A DNA stretch of 64,000 bases from contig JASGJN010000021.1 of NCBI GenBank assembly GCA_049840735.1, positions 160,001 to 224,000 of the forward strand, written 5' to 3'. The position numbers and the translations under genes were made by a program. Each line of letters begins with the position of its first letter. Position 1 is the stretch's first letter. The stretch is from Anaeromyxobacter sp. GTDB taxonomy: Bacteria > Myxococcota > Myxococcia > Myxococcales > Anaeromyxobacteraceae. The notes below the pieces were generated by a model that made no database searches, had not been told where the DNA came from, and saw nothing but the letters and a program-made list of their open reading frames with translations. This document shows positions 19,857 to 31,580 of the stretch, piece by piece.

Positions 19857-21164
19857 CTACGGCGCCGACCGCCCCACGCCGTAGTACGTGAACCCTGCCG
19901 CGCGCGCCTTGCCCGCGTCCCAGATGTTGCGGCCGTCGATCAGCACAGGCTGCTTCATGATCTGCTTGAGCCGCGCGAAGTCCGGCTGGCGGAACTCGTT
20001 CCACTCGGTGATGAGCAGCAGCGCGTCGGCGCCTTCGGCGGCGGCGTAGGGCTCCTGCGCCAGCTCCACGCCGCGGCCGTGGAAGATCTTCTCGGCCACC
20101 TCGGCGGCGACCGGGTCGTGCGCCTTCACCTTGGCGCCGTTGCCCAAGAGCCCCTCGATCACGGTGATGGCCGGGGCCTCGCGCATGTCGTCGGTCTTGG
20201 GCTTGAACGCCAGGCCCCAGACCGCGAAGGTCTTGCCGGCGATGGAGCCGAAGTGCTTGGTGGCCTTGTCGAGCGGCCAGCGCTTCTGGCGCTCGTTCAC
20301 GCGCTCGACCGAGCGGAGCAGGTCGAAGTCCAGGCCGATCTGGCGGGCCATGGTCATGACCGCCTTCACGTCCTTGGGGAAGCAGGAGCCGCCGAAGCCC
20401 ACGCCCGGGAAGAGGAAGGGGTGGCCGATGCGCTTGTCCGAGCCGACGCCGCGGCGGACCGCGTCCACGTCGGCGCCCAGCTTCTCGCAGAGCGTGGCCA
20501 TCTCGTTCATGAACGAGATGCGGGTGGCCAGCATGGCGTTGGCCGCGTACTTGGTCAGCTCGGCCGAGCGGATGTCCATGAACAGGACCGGCTGCTCGGC
20601 GCGGACGAAGGGCGCGTAGAGCTCGCCCATGACCGCCCTGGCGCGCTCGGAGGAGACGCCAACGACCACGCGGTCGGGCCGCATGAAGTCGTCGATGGCG
20701 GCGCCTTCCTTGAGGAACTCGGGGTTGGAGACCACGTCGAAGGGGTGGGCCGTGTGCTGCTTCACGACCGCCGCCACCTTCTCGCCCGAGCCCACCGGCA
20801 CCGTGCTCTTGTCGACGATGACGCAGTAGCCGGTCATGTTGCGGGCCAGCTCGGCCGCCGCCGCCAGCACGTACTGGAGGTCGGCCTCGCCGTTCTCGTT
20901 GGGCGGGGTGCCCACCGCGATGAACGCCACCTCGGCGTCCTTCATGGCCTCGGTGTACGAGGTCGTGAACTGCAGCCGCTTCTCCTTGGCGTTGCGCCTG
21001 ACCAGCTCCTCGAGCCCCGGCTCGTAGATCGGGATCCCGCCGGCGCGCAGCAGGTCGACCTTCTTCTGGTCGATGTCGAGGCAGGTGACGGTGTGGCCCG
21101 ACTCGGCGAAGCAGGTTCCGGTGACGAGGCCGACGTAGCCGGTACCGACGACGGTGATCTTCAC
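19857..21164 (-). CDS. ugd: UDP-glucose 6-dehydrogenase
   Basis: GTGYVGL, PIYEPGL, KSTVPVG, NPEFLKEG, GFGGSCFPKD, AFKPKTDDMREA. Confidence 0.95.
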   Translation of the reverse strand: MKITVVGTGYVGLVTGTCFAESGHTVTCLDIDQKKVDLLRAGGIPIYEPGLEELVRRNAKEKRLQFTTSYTEAMKDAEVAFIAVGTPPNENGEADLQYVLAAAAELARNMTGYCVIVDKSTVPVGSGEKVAAVVKQHTAHPFDVVSNPEFLKEGAAIDDFMRPDRVVVGVSSERARAVMGELYAPFVRAEQPVLFMDIRSAELTKYAANAMLATRISFMNEMATLCEKLGADVDAVRRGVGSDKRIGHPFLFPGVGFGGSCFPKDVKAVMTMARQIGLDFDLLRSVERVNERQKRWPLDKATKHFGSIAGKTFAVWGLAFKPKTDDMREAPAITVIEGLLGNGAKVKAHDPVAAEVAEKIFHGRGVELAQEPYAAAEGADALLLITEWNEFRQPDFARLKQIMKQPVLIDGRNIWDAGKARAAGFTYYGVGRSAP

Positions 21165-21217
21165 GCAGAGACTCCCCTGGAAAGAGGCGGGAATCTAGCA
21201 CGGACCTCGCGCCCGGA

Positions 21218-22138
21218 TCACGGCGCGACGACGAGCCTGGCGGCCGTTTCGGTGCCACGGAGGTGGCGAAGGCGCGCAGGATCCCTGACCGTGTCCACGA
21301 CTCTCAGGACGGCCACGCGCTCGGGCCCCGAGAGCTCGGGACGAAGCCGCGCCGCGGCCTCCTCCGTCTCGGGGAAGAAGTGGGCCACGAGCACCAGGGC
21401 GCCGTGCAGCGCGCGGCCCAGGCCCGCCGCCGCGGCCCGCTCGCGGACGTAGGCGGCGTCGAGCGGCAGCTGCACCAGCTCGCGCAGATCGACGTAGGTG
21501 ATGAGCGGGGCGAGCAGCCCCATGGCCGCCTGGTCGCCGACCGTGGCCAGCAGCGCGTCCTCCGGGGACGGCCGGGCGGCCGCCGGCCCGAAGGCCCGGT
21601 AGGGGGCGCGGCGCGCGAACAGCGGCTCGTCCGCAGGGCCGCCAGGCCAGAGCCCCTCCTGCGCCTGGATGCTGATCTTCCCGTCGCTGAAGACCGCCAC
21701 CCGTCCCTCGTGCTCGGTCCGCTCCACCGAGAGCGCGCCTTCCAGCGCCTTGACGAAGCGCGGCCCGTCCTCGCCGCGCAGGGCCACGCGGAGCTCGCCC
21801 GCGGGCCGGAACGCCATGTGCGGGTAGAGCCAGTCCACGTAGGCCGCCGCCTCGAGCAGCACCACCGGCACGTCGTCCGGCACGCCGCGCAGCACGTTGC
21901 GGAGCGTCACGAGCTTGAGGACGTTGTCGTTTACGACCCCCTGGTAATGCCCCAGGAGCGCTTCCCGGAAGGCGGCAGGGAGGCCCGCACCCAGGCGCGT
22001 ATGCTCCAGCTGATACGACGCGAGCGGCGCCAGGCCGTGGGCGACGAGGATCTCGCCCAGCTCGTCCAGATCGCAGTCCGGCAGGCGGGCGGGCGGGGAG
22101 AAGGAGGTCACGGCCCGGAGCGCGTCGATGAGCGGCAC
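21218..22138 (-). CDS. Uncharacterised nucleotidyltransferase-like family protein
   Basis: HGLAPL, PVVLLEAAAY...LYPHMAFRPAGEL, PSPEDALL, YVDLRE pattern; GTG start inferred. Confidence 0.6.
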   Translation of the reverse strand: MPLIDALRAVTSFSPPARLPDCDLDELGEILVAHGLAPLASYQLEHTRLGAGLPAAFREALLGHYQGVVNDNVLKLVTLRNVLRGVPDDVPVVLLEAAAYVDWLYPHMAFRPAGELRVALRGEDGPRFVKALEGALSVERTEHEGRVAVFSDGKISIQAQEGLWPGGPADEPLFARRAPYRAFGPAAARPSPEDALLATVGDQAAMGLLAPLITYVDLRELVQLPLDAAYVRERAAAAGLGRALHGALVLVAHFFPETEEAAARLRPELSGPERVAVLRVVDTVRDPARLRHLRGTETAARLVVAP

Positions 22139-22300
22139 GGCGGGAGCCTTAACCCGCCGGGCGCCCGGCGGCAATCGCGCTGTCCGGCGGGCGTGGACAT
22201 GATGCGGGCGAACCCCGGCATCAAGGAGGCGAGAGCACCGGCTGATCAGGATGCGGGCGAACCATTGACCCGAAGTTGTGGGCGAACGCACCGTGACCGG

Positions 22301-22361
22301 CCGTTCGCCCTGAGCGTAGCGACCGCCGGCCAGGCGGTCGCGGAGTCGAAGGGGCGAACGG
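22301..22361 (+). repeat. REP-like repeat
   Basis: CCGTTCGCCCTGAGCGTAGCGACCGCC-GGCCA-GGCGGTCGCGGAGTCGAAGGGGCGAACGG. Confidence 0.9.
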
Positions 22362-22385
22362 TGTCGCCCCTGGAGAGGAGCCGAC

Positions 22386-23618
22386 ATGACCGAGCTGGAC
22401 GGGACGCTGGCCGAGCTGGCGCGGCTGCGCAGCGGCAGTGAGCCGATCGTGAGCCTGTACCTGGACGTCCGCTGGGGAGACGAGCAGCAGCGCGAGCGCG
22501 TGCGTCTCTTCGTGCAGGACAAGGTGAGGAAGACGCTGGCGCACTACCCGCCGGGCACGCCCGGGCGCGAGGGGCTGGAGCGGACGCTGCGGCGGATCCA
22601 GGAGTACGTGAGCGGGCTGGCCGGCCAGGCCTACGAGGCGGAGCAGGACGGGCTGGCCCTCTTCGCCTGCGAGGGGCTGAAGCTGTGGCGGACGTTCTTC
22701 TTCGCGAGGCCGTTCAAGGGCGAGCTCTGCACCGACGGCATCCCGCACCTGACGCAGCTGGCGCGGCTGGCCGAGGACGCCGAGCCGGCCATCGTAGTGG
22801 CGCCGCACCAGGACGGCGCGGACATCTACCATATCACGCTGGGTGAACGCTCCGGAGAGCGCCACGTGCGCGGGTACGTGCCGCGCGGCGGGGAGAAGGA
22901 GCAGGGCGCCGGCGCGCCCGTGCGGCGGCTGGAGCGGGAGGCGAAGGACGAGCGGCACCAGGAGGAGTACATCCAGAAGGCTCGCCGGGCTGCGCTGGCC
23001 GAGGTGATGCGGCTGCTGGGCGAGACCCCGGACGCGAAGCTGATCCTGGTGGGCCCCGCCGCCACGCTGGCGGCCTTCGAGCGCGAGCTGCCCGAGCGCG
23101 CCCGCGAGCGGGTCATCGCCCGCATGCCGCGCCCGCCCGACTGGACCGGCAAGGGCGGCCAGCTGCGCGACGGCGTGCTGGCCGAGGTGGAGAAGGCCAT
23201 CGCCGTGCACGGCAAGCAGAGCCAGGGCAAGGCCATCGACGCCGTGGTCGGCCAGTCGCTGCGCGGCGGCCTGGCGGTGCTGGGGCCGGACGACGTGGTG
23301 CAGGCGCTGAACCAGGGGCGCGTGCACCGGCTGGTGATCGAGGAGGACTTCGCCCGCACCGGCTGGCTCTGCGACAACTGCAACTGCCTGGGCCAGAACG
23401 CCGAGGCCGCCGAGGTGTGCCCGTACTGCGGCGGCGCCGTGCGGGCAGTGCAGTTCCTGGGCGAGGCGCTGGTGGCCCGGGCCCTGGCCGAGGGGGCCGA
23501 GGTGGAGCTGGTGCCGCACCACAACAAGCTGCACAGCTACCGCGGCGTGGGGGCGTTCCTCCGGCAGAGCAGCGCCACCGGGCTGCGAGGCGGCGGCGGG
23601 ACCTACGTGAACCAGTAG
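22386..23618 (+). CDS. Bacterial eRF1/aRF1-like (baeRF) protein with C-terminal Zn ribbon
   Basis: IVSLYLD, GLALFAC, LILVGP, AVLGPDDVVQALNQGRVHRL, CDNC...CPYC, GVGAFLR; GAGGAG RBS. Confidence 0.85.
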   Translation: MTELDGTLAELARLRSGSEPIVSLYLDVRWGDEQQRERVRLFVQDKVRKTLAHYPPGTPGREGLERTLRRIQEYVSGLAGQAYEAEQDGLALFACEGLKLWRTFFFARPFKGELCTDGIPHLTQLARLAEDAEPAIVVAPHQDGADIYHITLGERSGERHVRGYVPRGGEKEQGAGAPVRRLEREAKDERHQEEYIQKARRAALAEVMRLLGETPDAKLILVGPAATLAAFERELPERARERVIARMPRPPDWTGKGGQLRDGVLAEVEKAIAVHGKQSQGKAIDAVVGQSLRGGLAVLGPDDVVQALNQGRVHRLVIEEDFARTGWLCDNCNCLGQNAEAAEVCPYCGGAVRAVQFLGEALVARALAEGAEVELVPHHNKLHSYRGVGAFLRQSSATGLRGGGGTYVNQ

Positions 23619-23626
23619 CCGTCCAG

Positions 23627-23734
23627 CCGCTCGCCCTGGGCCTGTCCAAGGGCGAGCGGGGCATCTCCGTTCGTCCTGAGCGTAGCGAGGCGGCCCGTTT
23701 CCGGGGCCGCCTCGCGGAGTCGAAGGATGAACGG
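23627..23734 (+). repeat. Short and full REP-like repeats
   Basis: CCGCTCGCCCT-GGGCCTGTCCA-AGGGCGAGCGG (23627-23659); CCGTTCGTCCTGAGCGTAG...GGAGTCGAAGGATGAACGG (23667-23734). Confidence 0.88.
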
Positions 23735-23744
23735 CGCCGAAAGG

Positions 23745-24341
23745 TCAGTGCCCCTCGTGCCCCCCCGCGTGCGCATGCGCCTCGCCCTTCGGCGCCAGCG
23801 CCGCCTCCAGCGCCTCCACGTGGTGCACGTAGGCCACGTACGCCGCCACCCACTTCCGCCCGGCCTCCACGTCCTTCGCCGGCGGCTGCTGCGCCTGCAG
23901 CGCCGCGAACCGCTCCCGCAGCCCGTCGCGCAGCCGGTCCACCAGCAGCGCCTCCACCGCCGAGCCGTCGCCCGCCGCGATCCCGCGGTCCGCCACGCGC
24001 AGCGCCTCCGTCACGCCCTCCCCCGCCGGCTTGAGCCCGGTGTAGGCCGCCCCCTCGCCCTGCCGGTGGATCCGGACCAGCGTCTCGAAGAACCGGCGCT
24101 CGCTCGCCTGCCGCGCCGCGGCCGGTCCGCTGCGGGCCGCGCGCGCCTCGGCAAACGCCGTCCGGACCTCCGCCTCGCCCGCCGGCTGGACCCAGGCCAG
24201 CACCGGGGCCACCTGCCCGGAGTCGAGCGCCTTGTGTGCGGTCTCGAGGAGCGGTCCGTCGAGCGTGTCGCAGTGGGCGAGGGCGGTGGCGGGGGCGAGG
24301 AGCAGCAGGGCGAGGGTTCCGATGGCGAATGCGGTCTTCAT
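23745..24341 (-). CDS. Secreted DUF6448-like protein
   Basis: Signal peptide then HCDTLDGP; FFETLVRIHRQGEGAAYTGLKPAG; His-rich C-terminus; GGAG RBS. Confidence 0.8.
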   Translation of the reverse strand: MKTAFAIGTLALLLLAPATALAHCDTLDGPLLETAHKALDSGQVAPVLAWVQPAGEAEVRTAFAEARAARSGPAAARQASERRFFETLVRIHRQGEGAAYTGLKPAGEGVTEALRVADRGIAAGDGSAVEALLVDRLRDGLRERFAALQAQQPPAKDVEAGRKWVAAYVAYVHHVEALEAALAPKGEAHAHAGGHEGH

Positions 24342-24504
24342 GGCGGTCTCCAGTGTGAGGTCCGAGGGGCCCCGCGCGGGTCGGGTTCGTCCGCCGCCGC
24401 TCGCGCTGCATGACGGGCAGCGGGCGAAGCGGTACGGTCCGGGCGAGGTCCGTTTGCTTCCAGCGCGAACCTGTCCGCCAGCGCCTCCGGAGACCATCCG
24501 GCAC

Positions 24505-25083
24505 ATGTCCCAAGCCGTAGACACCAGCCATTCCGGTGGGTTGCAGCGGGCCGCCGCGGCGGACGCCGCACCGACCCGGCCCTGGCGCGTGGCCGCGGTC
24601 GGGGCCGCGCTGCTCCTCCTGGCCGCGGTTCTGTGCGTGGACTTCCTGGCCAGGCCCGCCGGCCGCGACCTGCAGGCGCACGCCGTCGTGGAGCTGAGCC
24701 TCATGGCCGTGGCCGTGGCCGCCGGGGTCGCCTCCTGGTGGCGGTTCGTGCGGCTGCGCCAGCGCGAGCAGCTGCTGGTCCGCGACCTGGAGCGGGCCCG
24801 GACCGAGGCCGCCGCCTGGAAGCGCGAGGCCGCCGACGCGCTGCGCGGGCTGGGCGAGGCCATCGACGCGCAGTTCGAGCGCTGGGGCCTGTCCGCCGCC
24901 GAGCGCGAGGTCGGCCTGCTCCTGCTCAAGGGGCTCGCCCACAAGGAGATCGCCGAGCTGCGCGGGACCAGCGAGAAGACCGTCCGCCAGCAGGCGCTCG
25001 CCGTCTACCGCAAGGCCGGGCTGGCCGGGCGGGCCGAGCTGTCGGCGTTCTTCCTGGAGGACCTGCTCCTGCCGCGGCGGTGA
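24505..25083 (+). CDS. Membrane-anchored LuxR-type HTH regulator
   Basis: Two TM helices; WGLSAAEREVGLLLLKGLAHKEIAELRGTSEKTVRQQALAVYRKAG. Confidence 0.88.
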   Translation: MSQAVDTSHSGGLQRAAAADAAPTRPWRVAAVGAALLLLAAVLCVDFLARPAGRDLQAHAVVELSLMAVAVAAGVASWWRFVRLRQREQLLVRDLERARTEAAAWKREAADALRGLGEAIDAQFERWGLSAAEREVGLLLLKGLAHKEIAELRGTSEKTVRQQALAVYRKAGLAGRAELSAFFLEDLLLPRR

Positions 25084-25107
25084 GGTCGCGGGCGCAAACA
25101 CAAACGG

Positions 25108-25270
25108 CCGTTCGTCCTGAGCGTAGCGAGCCGGCCTGTCGGCCGGCTCGCGGAGTCGAAGGATGAACGGGACGGAACTTCAGCCGTGCGGACCGCGAGC
25201 CCGGCGTCCCGGTCATGGTGAGCGTAGCGGCCAGCCCCCTGGGCTGGCCGCGGAGTCGAACCACGACCGG
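25108..25270 (+). repeat. Two tandem REP-like repeats, the second with a compensated outer stem
   Basis: CCGTTCGTCCTGAGCGTAG...GTCGAAGGATGAACGG (25108-25170); CCGGTCATGGTGAGCGTAG...GGAGTCGAACCACGACCGG (25209-25270). Confidence 0.88.
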
Positions 25271-25278
25271 TAACGGAC

Positions 25279-26170
25279 CTACCCCTGGTACTCCCGATAC
25301 AGGTTCCCCACGTCCTTGACCGCCGGCCCCCGCTTCGGCGCCCACCCCACCTCCACGCCGCGCGCCGAGATCACCACCTGGTCGAACGCCAGCGCGTCCG
25401 CCATCGGCCCCATCGTCTTGCGCGCCTCCTCCACCGGGATGGACCGCACCGCCCCCTTCGCCGCGGCCGCGTTGCTGTACGCTGCCGCCAGCTCCGACAC
25501 CGTGGGCGATGTCCCATCCACCCCGTGGAACACCCCGCGCGCCCGCTGCTCCAGCACCAGCCGGTACAGCTCCGCCAGAATCCGCCCGATGGATGATCGC
25601 CCAGCGGTTGGTGCCAGGGCCGACGAAGGACGCGCGCCCCTCCGTCTCGGCCTGCTTGAACCAGGGCGTCAGCAGCCCGCCCTTCCCGCCCGAGACCATG
25701 CCCGGGCGGATCACCACCGCCGCCACCCGATCGCTCCCCGCGTCGAGCGTGAGCTGCTCGTGCACCGGACGATGCGCGGCGACCGGGGGCACGCTGGTGA
25801 CCGCCGCGGCTTCGGACGCCGGCTCGGTCCGGTTGCCCAGCAGCCACACGCCGGAGGTGTAGATGACCGAGACCGGCCCGGAGGAGGCCTTCGCGGCCTC
25901 GGTCAGCGCCTCGACGGCTTCCCGGTCCGCCGGCGGCCCCAGGCCGTAATCGACCGCGGCGTGCACCAGCGCGTCGAAGCCGGTCAGCTCGGCGCGGAGC
26001 GCCTTGACGTTGCCCAGCGCGCCGCGCAGCGGCCGGCCGCCCAGCTTCCGGAGCGCCGCGTCCGAGCTGTCGGAGCGGGAGAGGCCGGCCACCTCGTGGC
26101 CGTGCCTGACGAACGTCTCGGTGAGCGCCGCGCCGATGTAGCCGGTCGCGCCGGTGAGGAAGATGCGCAT
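25279..26170 (-). CDS. NAD-dependent epimerase/dehydratase family protein (frameshift ~25579)
   Basis: MRIFLTGATGYIG, IYTSGVW; continuation LYRLVLE...ALAFDQ in the next frame. Confidence 0.85.
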
Positions 26171-26242
26171 GTGAGTCCTCCGTGAGCCCCGGGACCTAAT
26201 CCAGGGCGGCGGGGACTTCCACGAACAACGCGGGAGCAGCGC

Positions 26243-27773
26243 TCAGACCACCGGTTCGCCTTGCGGCGCCGTGTGCGGCTGCGCCCCGGTCGGGCGGCAG
26301 ATGGCGATGAGCGACAGCGGAGGGAACGGCAGGAAGCGGTCGATGAGCCGGAAGATGGGCGTGAGCAGGTTCAGCGTCACGATCTGCCCCAGGCCGAAGG
26401 TGCGCCGCTTGAGCAGCTTGCCGTTGAGCCACCACGCCGGCGTTCCCACGCGGTTGAAGGTGAGGAACTGCTCCACCTCGAACCCCGCGTCGGCGGCCAG
26501 CTTGCGCAGCGTGGTCTCGGTGTAGCGGCGCCGGTGGCCCAGCACCTCGTCGAGCGAGCCGAACAGCTCCGGGCCGCGCGGCACCAGCACGATGGCGCGG
26601 CCCTCGGGCGCCAGCACGCCGCGGATGTTCTGCAGGGCGCCCACGTCGTCGTCCACGTGCTCGATCACGTTGAGGCAGACCACCGTGTCGAAGCCGCCCT
26701 CGACCTTCGGGAAGGACTCGCCCTGCGTGACGTCGGTGAGCGTGACGTCGAGGTAGGGCCGGTCCACCCTCAGCCCCTCCAGCGTCTGGAGGTAGAGCGG
26801 GTTCACGTCCGAGGCGACGTACGTGTCGCGCGGGACGAGCCGCCGGGTGAGGTTCCCCGTCCCGCTGCCGATCTCCAGCACCCGGTCCCCACAGAACGGG
26901 CGGATGGTGTCGGCCATCCAGGCGTTGAAGCGCGGCGCGCGGGCGAGGCGGCCCAGGATCTGCGAGCCGTGCTCGTCCTCGGCGTAGATGCGGTCGGGAG
27001 ATCCAGAAGCGGAGGATGGCCCAGAGCGCCTTGAGGCCGTCGACCCAGCCGATCTTCTTGCCCTCCTGGTAGGTGCGCCCGGAGTAGCTGATCGGGACCT
27101 CGAAGATTCGAGCCTCGCGCTTGGCCAGCTTGATGGCCAGCTCCGGCTCCATCCGGAAGTCGTCGGAGACGATGGGGATCGACTTGAGGAGGCTGGTGCG
27201 GACGGCCTTGTAGCAGGTCTCCATGTCGGTCAGGTTCACGTTGGTCACCCAGTTGGTGAGAAACGTGAGGAACCGGTTGCCGAGCTCGTGCCGGAAGAGG
27301 AGCGCGCGGCGCGCCTCGCCGCCGGCGAAGCGCGAGCCGAAGACCGCGTCGGCCTGCTCCTCCACGAAGACCTTCACGATGCGGAGGAGGTCCCTCGGGT
27401 GGTACTCGGAATCGGCGTCGTGGATGACCGAGAGCTCGCAGTCGGCCTCGGCCAGCGCCGTCCGGACCGCGCCGCCCTTGCCGCGGTTGAGGACGTGGCG
27501 GAGGAAGACCCACTCGATCTTGCCGTGGCGGCCGTGGCCGCGGAGCTCGACGCCGTTCTCGAGTGGGCCGTCGTCGGGGAAGACAATCCCGCGAGCGGAC
27601 GCGAAGGCCTCGAGGGTGCGGGGCGTTCCGTCGCGGGAGCAGTCGTCCACGACGATGATCTGGACCCGGTCGAGCAGCGGCGAGGACTCGAGCACCTCGA
27701 GCCGCTCGAGGGAGGCGGCGACCAGGTGCTGCTCGTTGTAGGCGGGGACGAGGACGGAGAGGGAGGTCGGCAC
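26243..27773 (-). CDS. Bifunctional GT2 glycosyltransferase / class I SAM methyltransferase (frameshift ~26997)
   Basis: VPAYNE, VVDDCSRDGT, HDADSEY, TDMETCYK; then LEIGSGTG, NVIEHV, GHRRRY. Confidence 0.88.
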
Positions 27774-27834
27774 GGGGGCCGTTTCTACCAGAGCTGGAGC
27801 GCGAGATCAGGCGGACGTGCAGCCGCCGGGTCCA

Positions 27835-29837
<2,003 letters not shown>

Positions 29838-29892
29838 TCAACGCCGCCGCGCACCCCTGCGCATCCAAGGAGCGATGGAGGAAGATGCGCCT

Positions 29893-31557
29893 ATGCGAAC
29901 GCTCATCCTCCTGGTCGCCCTGGCCGCCACCGAACAAGGGTCGCCCGCCGAGTGCAGCACCGCTCCGAGAGCCTCGAGCCCCTGGGACGTACGGGGGCGG
30001 GTGCGCTCGGAGCAGACGGTGCACATTGCGCAGCCAGGCGCGGTCCGAGGTGAGGGGCTGAGCGCCTCTCGCCTGGAGTTCACCGGAAAGGGCAAGGCCA
30101 TCGAGCTGGCAGGACCCGACGTCGATCAGGTCATGCTCTCCTCCTTCCTGCTCCACGGCTGGCCAGGCGCTGGGGACCACTGCGTCGAGCAGCGGAACGA
30201 TGCCCAGGTGAGCTCGTCAGCCACGTTCTTGCAGCTGCGGGACATCCGCGTCGAGAACTGTCCCGAGAACCGCGCCGCCGTCCATCTTCTCGGGATCGCG
30301 CCTGCGGCCGGTGAGGGGAACGTGTACGGGACCCTGCTGCTGAACGCGCAGCTGGACGGCAACGCCGGTCACGGTCTGTGGCTGGACGCTGCCAGCGCGC
30401 GGGGGGCCGCCGGGACGGCGCTGACCAACGTGTGGGCCAGCTCGGCCTCCGGCAACGGCCAGCACGGGATCCTCTTCGACACGTCGCGCGCCCCAGCCAG
30501 CCGCCACGGCATCACCAACGTCTTCGGCTCGCTCCTGCAGGGCAATGGGCAGGCCGCCATTCGCGCCAGCTCGGTCGGCAACCTGAATCTCGTCGGTTCC
30601 TACTTCGAGCAGACCTCGGGGGCGCTGCCGCTGAGCGGAGGCGGCGCGGTGTTCCCAAACGGCCCCTGGTTCCTGGCCGGCAACACGGTCGGGAACGGCT
30701 CGCGGCTACCTGCCTACAGCTTCGAGCTCGGCGCCGATGCGAACTGGGGCCTGGTGGGGCTCGTGAGCTTCGCCAACACCTTCTCCCGAGCCGCGAAGGC
30801 CAACTACGCGATCCAGCACCTCCGAGGCGCGGTGATCGGCCCCGACAGCACGCCGGCTGCGGGCGACGCGTATGTCGACTGGGCCAGCGCCTGGGGCTGG
30901 TCCATGGTGCAGGTCTTCGACGTGAACGCGGGGACCTGGTCCTTCAGCTCCGACGGCAGGTACGCCGATCAGCCGCACGTGGGATTCGGTGTGCCCAACC
31001 CCAAGATCGCAGCCTACGTCCACGTTGCCGGGCGGAAGCCGCCCCCCGGCCCGCAGGGCATCGACGCCTTCCCGGCCCTTCGGGTGGACGGCCCCGAGGG
31101 AGGCAACGCGAACTCGCCCGCCGGTGACGGTGGACGGGGCGCCTCGATCGCGCTCTCGGCCGGAAGGGGTGGGGCTGGAGCTGCCGGAGGCAGCGCCGGT
31201 CGTGGCGGCGACATCACGCTGACGGCCGGAGAGGCCGGCGGCGGCGGCGCCCCCGCGGACCGGGGCCACATCGTCCTGAATGGTGGGATCGGGCAGGGGA
31301 CGGCTCTCAAGCACGCCCGGGTCCAGGTCGGGCCTGTCGCCGCCGGGCGCTCGGAAAAAGTGGAGGTGGGCTGGCGCGGGCGATTCGCCGACGACGACTA
31401 CACCGTGAGCTGCACGATGCAGGGCCGAGGGGAGGGGGAGGGCCTCTCAGTCCCCCGCATCCTCGAGATCACGCCCAGGGCGGTACAGCTGCTGCTCCGC
31501 AACTCCTCGAGCAGGCCGGCCGAGGGGATCGTCCACTGCATCGGTATCCACGACTGA
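29893..31557 (+). CDS. Secreted hypothetical protein with probable right-handed beta-helix and Gly-rich tail-fibre-like region
   Basis: Signal-like N-terminus; repeated GNAGHGLWL / GNGQHGILF / GNGQAAIRA; GGxG-I-x-LxAG repeats. Confidence 0.65.
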   Translation: MRTLILLVALAATEQGSPAECSTAPRASSPWDVRGRVRSEQTVHIAQPGAVRGEGLSASRLEFTGKGKAIELAGPDVDQVMLSSFLLHGWPGAGDHCVEQRNDAQVSSSATFLQLRDIRVENCPENRAAVHLLGIAPAAGEGNVYGTLLLNAQLDGNAGHGLWLDAASARGAAGTALTNVWASSASGNGQHGILFDTSRAPASRHGITNVFGSLLQGNGQAAIRASSVGNLNLVGSYFEQTSGALPLSGGGAVFPNGPWFLAGNTVGNGSRLPAYSFELGADANWGLVGLVSFANTFSRAAKANYAIQHLRGAVIGPDSTPAAGDAYVDWASAWGWSMVQVFDVNAGTWSFSSDGRYADQPHVGFGVPNPKIAAYVHVAGRKPPPGPQGIDAFPALRVDGPEGGNANSPAGDGGRGASIALSAGRGGAGAAGGSAGRGGDITLTAGEAGGGGAPADRGHIVLNGGIGQGTALKHARVQVGPVAAGRSEKVEVGWRGRFADDDYTVSCTMQGRGEGEGLSVPRILEITPRAVQLLLRNSSSRPAEGIVHCIGIHD

Positions 31558-31580
31558 TGCCGGCTCGGGGTAGCCAAGCG

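Noticed and set aside
18103..21258. Very long antisense or alternative-frame ORFs (e.g. 1051 aa here, 6977-9739, 11319-13904, 38533-41394)
   Set aside because: Arg/Pro/Gly-rich shadows of real high-GC genes, with no motifs of their own
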